DNA of 32,000 bases. Origin: an uncultured delta proteobacterium. GTDB taxonomy: Bacteria > Desulfobacterota > Binatia > DP-6. Shown here piece by piece: positions 24,440 to 31,657 of the stretch (positions are counted from its first letter, which is position 1; each line of letters opens with the position of its first letter). A program made the position numbers and the translations under genes. The notes under the pieces were generated by a model that was not told where the DNA came from, did not search any database, and saw only the letters and a list, made by a program, of their open reading frames with translations. Location of the stretch: positions 46,975-78,974 of the forward strand of contig CAWFFN010000009.1 in NCBI GenBank assembly GCA_963815115.1, read 5' to 3'.

Positions 24440-24802
24440 GTGCGCACGGTCGGACTGCTGCTCGCACTCGCCGGCGTGGCGCTCGCCGTCCGCAGTGCGG
24501 CGCTCCTCGCCGGCCGCGGGCGGCCACGGCGCGGCCCGACCCCGGCGTTCGTGATCGCGGGACCGTACCTGCGGCTGCGCAATCCGCTGCTCGCCGGTCT
24601 GATCGTGGCGCTCGCGGGCGTCGCCCTGTGGCGCGAGTCGGGAACGTTGCTCGTGCTCGCCGGCGCCGCCGCCTGGGCGGCGCACTGGTGGGTCACGCGC
24701 GTCGAGGAGCCGGACCTGCGGCGGCGCTTCGGCGTCGCCTACGAGGCCTACCTGCGAAGCGTGCCGCGCTGGATGCCGCACCGCCGCCGCGCGCCCACGT
24801 GA
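24440..24802 (+). CDS. short ICMT/PEMT-like membrane methyltransferase-family protein (start uncertain)
   Basis: The C-terminal 120 codons of ORF 24071-24802: hydrophobic VRTVGLLLALAGVALAV, then GPYLRLRNPLLAG...VEEPDLRRRFGVAYEAYLRSVPRW, which follows the GPY..vRHP.Y...EE..L...FG..Y..Y pattern. GTG at 24440 is the first plausible start after the hydratase stop. Confidence 0.5.
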   Translation: MRTVGLLLALAGVALAVRSAALLAGRGRPRRGPTPAFVIAGPYLRLRNPLLAGLIVALAGVALWRESGTLLVLAGAAAWAAHWWVTRVEEPDLRRRFGVAYEAYLRSVPRWMPHRRRAPT

Positions 24803-24822
24803 CGCGGCGGCGCCACCGACGC

Positions 24823-26997
24823 TCAGCGATCCAGCAGCTCGCGGGCGCCCGGGCTCGCGGCGGCGTCACGGTCGAGTCGGGCCGCCTCGACGACCCAGCG
24901 CTCGAGGCGCGCGCGATCGTTCACCTGGCGCGACAGATCGACGAGCGTGCGCACGGCTTCCGGGCGTGCCGCGGGATCGTCGGCCGCGCGCTCCAGCTCG
25001 TCGAGGGCGGCCCGTGTCTCCCCGGCCTTGGCCAGCGCCAGGGCGCGGTTGTAGCGCGCCCGGGGATAGCTCGGGTCCTCGGCGAGGCAGCGCTCGAGGG
25101 CGCGGGCAGCGTCGTTCCAGCGCCCGAGCTGGCCGTAGAGCAGGCCGAGCGCGAAGGCGCTCTCGGGTACCGGATCGGTGGACAGCAGGGTCTCCAGCTC
25201 GGCGGCGGCCTCTTCCGCTCGTCCCTGCTGGGCCAGCAGCAGGGCGAGGTTGTGGCGGGCCTGGATCGAGCGTGGCCACAGCCGCAGCGCCGCGCGATAC
25301 GCGCGCTCCGCCTCCTGCGGCTCTCCCCGTGCGCCCGCGAAGATGGCGAGGTTGTAGTTGGCCTCGGGCGTGTCCGCGCCGAGCTCCTGGCTGGCGCGCC
25401 AGTCGGCGGTCGCGGCGGCGAAGCTGCGCTCCGCCTCGGGCGAGAGCGTGTCCGGCGCGGCGCTGCTCAGCCCGAGCGCCGCGTGCAGCCGCACCGTGCG
25501 CGCCGGGTCGTCGAGTGCGCCGACCAGGGCGTCGTGCGCGTCGGGCGCCAGCGCCGGACGCTGCGCGAGCGCCCAGGCCGCTCCGCCGCGCACGAGCGGA
25601 TCGGGATCGCGAAGCGCCGCGAGCAGTGCGTCCGTGACGCCGCTGCTGGTCGGAAAGCGGGCGAGCAGGCGCGCGGCGCTGGCGCGTCGAACCGTGTCGC
25701 CCGGCTTTCCGACCAGCGCGATCAGTCCGGGGACGCTCTCCGGATCGCCGCCGCGCGCGCTCGCGATGGTCGCGGTCGCATCCCGGCGTTGCGCGCGCAC
25801 CGTGCCGTCCGGATACCAGGCGCGCACGTGCTCGGCGGCCCACGCCGCGTCGTGATCGGTGTGACAGCGGTTGCACGCGTTGGGAACGCCGAGCGCCAGC
25901 GTGGCTTCCGGATCCGGACGCGAGAAGGAATGGTCGTGGCGCGGATCGCGCTGCATGTACACGGTGATGGGCATGTGACAGCCGGTGCACTGCGCGCCGG
26001 GGGTGCCGGAGGGGTGATGGGTGTGCCCTTCCTCCTCGTACGTCTTGGCATGACACGTGCGACACATCTCGTTGCCGGGCTTGAGCGTACCGTTGCCGTG
26101 CGGGTCGTGGCAGTTCCAGCAGCGCACCCCCTCGGCGTACATGCGGCTGCCCTGGAACGAGATCAGCTCGTACAGCTCGTCGCGCACCTGGCCGTCAGGA
26201 TAGTAGGCGTCGGTGTCGAGCAGCTCGGGCTCGTAGGCGTCGAGGAAGGACTGCTGTCCGGGGGTGAAGTGGGCCCGCTCGACGCGACGGCTGTGACAGC
26301 TCCCGCAGGCGGCGAGGAGCAGCTCGGGATCGCGTCCGGTCCAGGGATCGGCGCCGCCCGATGTACGCGCGCGCACGTGGGGCTCGCCGGGGCCGTGGCA
26401 GGCCTCGCACCCGACGCCCATCTCGGCCCAGCGCGTGTCGTACGTGTCGCTCGCCGGCTGGTAGCCCTTGTCGAAGCCGGTGGTGTGGCAGAAGATGCAT
26501 TGCGCGTTGGCCGTCATGCCGCGGTTGGTCCAGTGGCCCCAGTCGGCGGGTGTGCGCGCGTCCCCGGCGAAGAGATCGAACCAGTCTCCGCGCTGCACGT
26601 CGAACGCCAGCGGAAGCGCCTGGAACCGTCCGGGCGCGAGCGGCCCGACGTACTGCTCGACGTTGCGGTGGCCGAGCGCATAGGCAAGAGCAACGTCCGT
26701 GTCGTGGTCGAGGCTCTTGCCGAGCATGGCGAGCTGCCCGTCGCGTACGACCATCGGGCCATCGTCGTGCGGGTGCGCACGGAGCGCCTCGCCCGGCGAT
26801 GCCGTCAGCATCGCGAGATGATGGTCGGATTTCTCCCACGACCGGTACTCGCTCTCGTGGCAGTCGCGGCAGCGCGTAGAGCCCACGTACGGCGTGGAGC
26901 GGCTCGGCTCTGTCGTGCGGCATCCCAGCGCCGTTGCCAGACCGCCGAGCGCCAGCGCGAGAAGCAGCGCGCGTGATGCGGGCACGACATTCAGCAT
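24823..26997 (-). CDS. octahaem c-type cytochrome lipoprotein with C-terminal HEAT-like and TPR repeats
   Basis: ATG at 26995-26997 (724 aa). Signal plus lipobox LATALGC. Eight CxxCH motifs (CRDCH, CIFCH, CEACH, CGSCH, CWNCH, CRTCH, CTGCH, CNRCH). These are followed by DPDPLVRGGAAWALA / DDPARTVRLHAALGL HEAT-like repeats and several TPR units (ANYNLAIF..., ARHNLALLL..., ARYNRALAL...). Confidence 0.9.
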   Translation of the reverse strand: MLNVVPASRALLLALALGGLATALGCRTTEPSRSTPYVGSTRCRDCHESEYRSWEKSDHHLAMLTASPGEALRAHPHDDGPMVVRDGQLAMLGKSLDHDTDVALAYALGHRNVEQYVGPLAPGRFQALPLAFDVQRGDWFDLFAGDARTPADWGHWTNRGMTANAQCIFCHTTGFDKGYQPASDTYDTRWAEMGVGCEACHGPGEPHVRARTSGGADPWTGRDPELLLAACGSCHSRRVERAHFTPGQQSFLDAYEPELLDTDAYYPDGQVRDELYELISFQGSRMYAEGVRCWNCHDPHGNGTLKPGNEMCRTCHAKTYEEEGHTHHPSGTPGAQCTGCHMPITVYMQRDPRHDHSFSRPDPEATLALGVPNACNRCHTDHDAAWAAEHVRAWYPDGTVRAQRRDATATIASARGGDPESVPGLIALVGKPGDTVRRASAARLLARFPTSSGVTDALLAALRDPDPLVRGGAAWALAQRPALAPDAHDALVGALDDPARTVRLHAALGLSSAAPDTLSPEAERSFAAATADWRASQELGADTPEANYNLAIFAGARGEPQEAERAYRAALRLWPRSIQARHNLALLLAQQGRAEEAAAELETLLSTDPVPESAFALGLLYGQLGRWNDAARALERCLAEDPSYPRARYNRALALAKAGETRAALDELERAADDPAARPEAVRTLVDLSRQVNDRARLERWVVEAARLDRDAAASPGARELLDR

Positions 26998-27057
26998 ACC
27001 AGCATCTCGCCGCGACGGAAAAACAGTTGACACCGGTCGCGGCCGCACCGTAACTCT

Positions 27058-29346
27058 ATGTGGACGATGCGATCCCGGCGCTCGGTGCGTGCTGTCTTGA
27101 CTGTTTGTCTGGTCGCGTCGCTCGCCGGATCCGCCGCCGCCGTCAAGCTTCCCTTCAAGTGGGCGCGCCGCGTGCCGAAGAGCTGCGAGGCGACGGGCGT
27201 CTTCTACTCCGCTCAGCACCGTTCCGGAGCCCGGCCGTGCTGCGCGTCGGCCGTCGGCATGTGCCCCGGCGGCGCGGCGTGTCCGCCGAGCGGAACGTGC
27301 GCCGATGGCGCGTCGTGCTTCCCGATCCCACCGCTGACGCTGACCAACGTGGTGCTGATGATCTCGGACGACCAGGGCGAGTGTCACTACGGCAGCGCCG
27401 GGGAGTGTCGCAGCGTACAGACCGGTACGCCCGTGCGCGCGCCCGCGACTCCCAACCTCGACCTGCTCTCCGGGTACGGCACCGTCTTCCCCGTCGCCCA
27501 CAACACCGCGCCGTGGTGCTTTCCGTCCCTCGCCAGCATCCTCACCGGTCGCTACCAGAAGAGCATGGAACGCCAGCGCAGGCCCGCGACCGTCTTCGGC
27601 ACCGTCGCGACGTCGCTGCGCTCGCTCGACGACAACCCCTTCCTGCCCGACGACCCGTACAACGCCGGCAACAAGGTGGGCGGCTACTGCACGTTCCTCG
27701 GCGGCAAGCTCACCGGGTCGATCGGCGACAACGGCTTCGACGCCCGCGCCCGCACCGGAGAGCGCGTCTTCGGGCGAACCGATTGCACCGCCGCCGCTCC
27801 GGGCGCGCCCCCACGCTGCGGCAGCGATCTGAAGACGCCGTACGATCCCCAGAGCATCTTCCACCTGGGCGACATGTTCGGCTTCCTCGACTCCCTGTTC
27901 TATCGCGTTCCGAACTCGGCGCCGGCCGAGTTCCGCGTGCAGCCCTTCTTCGTCTGGTACGCGCCGCGCATCCCCCATCAGCCGCTGCGCTCGCCGCAGC
28001 CGATCCTCGACTACCTCTTCGGCAAGGCGCCCTCGTACCCGCTGGGCGGCCTCTTCGACCTCGGCAGCCTGTGCACCGGCTCGTCCTGCCCGCCGACCGT
28101 GACGGCGATGCACGAGACCAACTTCGGCGACGTCTTCGCCATGTTCGGCAACGTCTGGTGGATGGACGACGGCGTGCGCGAGATCCGCAAGTACCTCGCT
28201 CGCGCCAGCGAGCCGCACTGCATCTCCCCCACCGGCAGGAGCATGTTCGACGTCAGTTCCGCGGCGTGCCCCGGTACCTGGGCCGCCAGCATCACCCCGA
28301 GCCTGCCCGAGCACACGGTGATCATGCAGCTCTCCGACAACGGCTGGCACCTGCCGAACTCGAAGCACGAGTTCACCGAGAACGGCTATCGCACGCGGCT
28401 GATCGTGTTCGACCCGACCGCGCTGCCGTCGGTTCCGGGCTGGGACGTCACCCAGGAGGCGATTCCGCCGGCGCAGGAGAATCACGCGCTGGTGCATTCC
28501 ACCGACATCTACGCCACCGCCGTGGGCTACGCCCTCAACACGCCGCCGGGGTCCCAGCTCTGTCCCAAGGCCGCCGACGGCACGCGTTGCGACGGGAAGG
28601 ACCTGCGCGGGCACCTCGCGACGACACCCGGCGGTCCCGCCGCGCCCGAATCGCTGCGGCGCGCGCTCTGCGGACACGACACGCAGCGCAGCACCGGACC
28701 CGACAACCTGCGCTACCTGCTCACCCGCGAGGGATCGGTCGGACGCTGCACGCTGCTCTCCGCACCGGCGTGCGCGAGCGACGCCCAGTGCCCCGGCGGC
28801 CGGGTGTGTCTCGGCGGCCACTGCATGACCGCCAGCGAGCCGGCCTGCGCCAGCAACGCCGCCTGCCCGACCGGCGCGGTCTGCTTCGGCGGCAAGTGCC
28901 GCGCGGCACCGTCATGCACCGACGACGCCGACTGCTCGGCCCTGTTCCCGGGTGCCAGCTCCGCCTGCGTCGAGAAGGACACCCGCTGGTGCCGCAACGA
29001 CCCCAGCGTGCGATGCACGACGCGGAACGACTGTCCGCCGTGCCCGGACGGTGGTGCCTGCCGGCGGCTCTGCGAGCCGCGCCGGCTCAAGTTCTACTTC
29101 GCCCCCGTGGGGGGCGCGAAGGCCGCCGAGCTGAGCGATCTCTTCCTCGACCCCGACGAGCCCGGCCTGCACAATGCCACCATCGGCTCGACCAAGCTGG
29201 TCAACGAGATGTCGAACCTGAGCGGGCCGTACGGCGCCAAGATGCAGCGGGTGAACTGCTGTGTCGACGACTGGTGGTCCGAGCCGGCCAGCATCGGGAC
29301 CATCTGCTCGGGTGGCTGTCCGGCCGACCTTACCTGCAATCAGTGA
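27058..29346 (+). CDS. secreted sulfatase-fold (alkaline-phosphatase superfamily) protein with a variant active-site motif and a C-terminal Cys-rich repeat region
   Basis: Signal peptide MRSRRSVRAVLTVCLVASLAGSAAA (the ATG at 27067 is an equally good start). Motifs: NVVLMISDDQG, TPNLDLL, APWCFPSLASILTGRY, FFVWYAPRIPHQP, QLSDNGWH. The tail has repeats (PACASDAQCPGGRVCLGGHC / PACASNAACPTGAVCFGGKC / ...). Confidence 0.75.
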   Translation: MWTMRSRRSVRAVLTVCLVASLAGSAAAVKLPFKWARRVPKSCEATGVFYSAQHRSGARPCCASAVGMCPGGAACPPSGTCADGASCFPIPPLTLTNVVLMISDDQGECHYGSAGECRSVQTGTPVRAPATPNLDLLSGYGTVFPVAHNTAPWCFPSLASILTGRYQKSMERQRRPATVFGTVATSLRSLDDNPFLPDDPYNAGNKVGGYCTFLGGKLTGSIGDNGFDARARTGERVFGRTDCTAAAPGAPPRCGSDLKTPYDPQSIFHLGDMFGFLDSLFYRVPNSAPAEFRVQPFFVWYAPRIPHQPLRSPQPILDYLFGKAPSYPLGGLFDLGSLCTGSSCPPTVTAMHETNFGDVFAMFGNVWWMDDGVREIRKYLARASEPHCISPTGRSMFDVSSAACPGTWAASITPSLPEHTVIMQLSDNGWHLPNSKHEFTENGYRTRLIVFDPTALPSVPGWDVTQEAIPPAQENHALVHSTDIYATAVGYALNTPPGSQLCPKAADGTRCDGKDLRGHLATTPGGPAAPESLRRALCGHDTQRSTGPDNLRYLLTREGSVGRCTLLSAPACASDAQCPGGRVCLGGHCMTASEPACASNAACPTGAVCFGGKCRAAPSCTDDADCSALFPGASSACVEKDTRWCRNDPSVRCTTRNDCPPCPDGGACRRLCEPRRLKFYFAPVGGAKAAELSDLFLDPDEPGLHNATIGSTKLVNEMSNLSGPYGAKMQRVNCCVDDWWSEPASIGTICSGGCPADLTCNQ

Positions 29347-29409
29347 CGCGCCGTTCCGGTGTCCGGCGCCTTGCGACGGCACCGGGGCCCGGCTACCGTC
29401 CGCCCGGCC

Positions 29410-30798
29410 ATGACCGACTTCCGCGCCAGCGGCGAAGCGGTGCCGATCGAGAGCATCGATCAGCTCGTCGACGAGTTCCACGCGGCGGCGAAGCCGCGCG
29501 AGCGCTGGCTCATCGGGACCGAGTACGAGAAGCTGGCGGTCGACCCGCGCAGCGGCCGGGCGGCGCCCTTCTCGGGCCCGCGCGGCATCGAGACGCTGCT
29601 GCGCGAGCTCGCCGAGCGCTTCGGGTGGGAGCCGACCGAGGAAGCCGGGCGGACGATCGCGCTCCTGCGCGACAAGGCTTCGATCACGCTGGAGCCCGGC
29701 GGACAGGTCGAGCTCTCCGGCGAGCCCTGCGCCACCCTCCACTGCACGCGCGATGAGCTGGCGACGCACGTGCGCGAGCTGTCGGAGATCGGCGCCGAGC
29801 TCGGCATCGCGTTCCTGGGACTCGGGATGCAGCCCGTCAGCACGCTCGACGAGATCGAGTGGGTGCCGAAGCAGCGCTACGCCATCATGCGCGACTACAT
29901 GCCCCGCGTCGGGACGCTGGGGCACCGCATGATGAAGCAGACGGCCACCGTACAGGCCAACATCGACTACGCCGACGAGCGCGACGGCATGCGAAAGCTG
30001 CGGGTGGGAATGGCGACCGCGCCCCTGGTGAACGCGATGTTCGCCAACTCGTGCATCTCGGAGGGCAGGCTGAACGGCCAGATGAGCTACCGCGGCTACG
30101 TCTGGACCGACACCGACCGCGCCCGCTGCGGCCTGCTTCCCTTCGCCTTCCGCGACGGCGCGTCGTTCGCCGAATACGTCGGGTGGGCGCTCGACGTGCC
30201 GCTCTACTTCGTGCTGCGGCGGGGGAAGTATCTCACCGGGGCGACGGGGACCCCCTTCCGGCGCTTCCTCGAGCACGGCATCGGCGGCGAGCGCGCCACG
30301 CTCGACGACTGGCGCCTTCACCTGACGACGCTCTTCCCCGAGGTCCGCCTGAAGGGCTACATCGAGCTGCGATCGGCCGACAGTCAGACCCCCGATCGCG
30401 TGCTCGCCGTGCCCGCGCTCGTGAAGGGGGTCTTCTACGAGCAGGACTGCCTGGACGCTGCCTTCGACCTGGTGAAGCGCTGGTCGTTCGAGGACTGCGT
30501 CAGCCTCTACGGCGAGGTGACCCGGGAGTCCATGCGGGCGCGGATGAAGGGCATCCAGGTGCTCGAGCTCGCCCGGGAGCTCGGCGCCATCGCCGAGGAG
30601 GGGCTCCGCCGGCAGGCCGCCCTCGACTCGGAGGGGCGGGACGAGCGGATCTACCTGGAGGGGCTGCGAGAGGCGCTCTCGGCCGGCAAATCGCCCGCCC
30701 AGGGGCTGGCCGACCGGTGGACGGGGGCCTGGCATGGGGAGGCCGGCCGCCTGGTCGAGGCCACCGCATTTCCGACCCCGGGCGCAAACCCGCCTTGA
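29410..30798 (+). CDS. gshA: glutamate--cysteine ligase, plant/alpha-proteobacterial type (GCS2 family)
   Basis: ATG at 29410. Motifs: IGTEYEKL, SITLEPGGQVELSG, MMKQTATVQANIDY, LFPEVRLKGYIELRSADS. GTG at 29359 is the longer alternative. Confidence 0.9.
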   Translation: MTDFRASGEAVPIESIDQLVDEFHAAAKPRERWLIGTEYEKLAVDPRSGRAAPFSGPRGIETLLRELAERFGWEPTEEAGRTIALLRDKASITLEPGGQVELSGEPCATLHCTRDELATHVRELSEIGAELGIAFLGLGMQPVSTLDEIEWVPKQRYAIMRDYMPRVGTLGHRMMKQTATVQANIDYADERDGMRKLRVGMATAPLVNAMFANSCISEGRLNGQMSYRGYVWTDTDRARCGLLPFAFRDGASFAEYVGWALDVPLYFVLRRGKYLTGATGTPFRRFLEHGIGGERATLDDWRLHLTTLFPEVRLKGYIELRSADSQTPDRVLAVPALVKGVFYEQDCLDAAFDLVKRWSFEDCVSLYGEVTRESMRARMKGIQVLELARELGAIAEEGLRRQAALDSEGRDERIYLEGLREALSAGKSPAQGLADRWTGAWHGEAGRLVEATAFPTPGANPP

Positions 30799-30956
30799 AA
30801 CTTCGGCCTTGGTAGGGGATAAGGCCCACTAATCCGGCATCCCAGGCGTTTTCATCCTAGGGGCTGTTCTTTCGGAACGTTGGGGATGATAGCGAATTAG
30901 GACAGTTCCGCCGTCCCACCAGGTGGTGGGCTCCTGCCCGAGTGGAGGAGGGGTCG

Positions 30957-31379
30957 ATGGTTGCAAGGGGCAAACGGGGGTTCTCAGGCGGGCACGATAG
31001 GTTGGCTGGATTGTTCGAACCCGACGTTCTTCTACCGGCGCAGTACTTCGCGGCATTTCGGAGGTCTGGTGGCCTCGAGCGCGAGCGTCTCCTGATGCTC
31101 GCGGTGCTCGAGGATGCCATCGACTGCTACCAGAAGTACGCCCACGCCCGGGATCCGCGGGGACGGCAGATGTTCGAGGAGTCGCGCGAGTGGGTCCTGT
31201 CGATCGATCGCGTGTGGCTCTTCTCGTTCGAGAACATCTGCGAGACCCTGGAGATCAACGCCGACTACGTACGGCGCGGTCTCCGCGAGTGGCGTGAGCG
31301 AGGTCTCGGCGTTCAGCGGGCGAAGGTCGTGGACCTTCCGGCCGACGTCGCGGACGCCCTCCGCAAGGCCACAGCCTAG
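30957..31379 (+). CDS. hypothetical protein (140 aa), family not recognised
   Basis: ATG at 30957 with GGAGGAGGGG 4 nt upstream. Balanced composition (ERERLLMLAVLEDAIDCYQKYAH...WLFSFENICETLEINADYVRRGLREW). In-frame double stop TAG TAG (31377-31382). Confidence 0.65.
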   Translation: MVARGKRGFSGGHDRLAGLFEPDVLLPAQYFAAFRRSGGLERERLLMLAVLEDAIDCYQKYAHARDPRGRQMFEESREWVLSIDRVWLFSFENICETLEINADYVRRGLREWRERGLGVQRAKVVDLPADVADALRKATA

Positions 31380-31383
31380 TAGG

Positions 31384-31410
31384 CCGACCCAAGACTGCGT
31401 CTTGGGTCGG
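31384..31410 (+). terminator. 12-bp perfect hairpin CCGACCCAAGAC-TGC-GTCTTGGGTCGG, 4 nt after the stop of the 30957-31379 gene; no U-tract
   Basis: Read directly. A terminator role is inferred from position only. Confidence 0.4.
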
Positions 31411-31552
31411 AGAGGGTCGGAGAGGAACGGCGAGCATGAGTCGTCCGGTGACACGTGCGAGCGCCGTGCCGCGGCCAGCTCAGCTGGCGCGGCAAACGAG
31501 ACCGCAGCCGTTCTGCGCTCTGCAGGCCGCCGAGCCTTAGGTGTGCCGGGCG
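31384..31552 (+). repeat. copy B of the ~150-nt structured intergenic element
   Basis: The blocks appear in the same order as copy A. Hairpin 1 is at 31384-31410. GGAGAGGAACGGCGAGCATGA is at 31419-31439. ACACGTGCGAGCGCCG precedes hairpin 2, TGCCGCGGCCAGC-TCA-GCTGGCGCGGCA (31467-31494), which is followed by AAACG. TGCGCTCTGCAG is at 31514-31525 and GTGTGCCGGGCG at about 31541-31552. Confidence 0.6.
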
Positions 31553-31559
31553 TACCGAG

Positions 31560-31589
31560 ATGTCGCGCCGGCTCTGCCGGCCGCGACAT
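31560..31589. other. strong hairpin ATGTCGCG-CCGG-CTCTG-CCGG-(C)-CGCGACAT (12 bp with one bulge)
   Basis: Read directly from the sequence. It lies between the two hairpin-1 copies. Function unknown. Confidence 0.5.
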
Positions 31590-31630
31590 GCAGGTCGTGC
31601 GTGCCACCGAGCTCCACTCTCGCGTCCGGT

Positions 31631-31657
31631 CCGACCCAAGACGCAGTCTTGGGTCGG
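31631..31657 (-). terminator. inverted copy of hairpin 1 (CCGACCCAAGAC-GCA-GTCTTGGGTCGG) abutting the stop codon of the minus-strand YjbQ gene
   Basis: The 27 nt are the exact reverse complement of 31384-31410. A terminator role is inferred from position only. Confidence 0.4.

Noticed and set aside
27027-27056. A TTGACA (27027-32) with TAACTC 18 nt downstream, as a promoter for a leaderless sulfatase-fold gene
   Set aside because: The -35 is perfect but the -10 candidate matches the consensus at only two positions. It is plausible but not supportable from sequence alone, so it is not listed as a feature.
19068-30735. Other long shadow ORFs (19068-20957 minus, 24628-26976 plus, 27060-29756 plus, 28912-30735 minus)
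   Set aside because: These are low-complexity Arg/Ala/Gly/Pro translations opposite or out of frame with well-supported genes (cyclase, cytochrome, sulfatase-fold protein, gshA).
31008-31022. A tRNA T-arm-like string GGATTGTTCGAACCC
   Set aside because: The flanks do not form a 5-bp T stem, acceptor stem or anticodon arm. The string lies inside a well-supported CDS (30957-31379).
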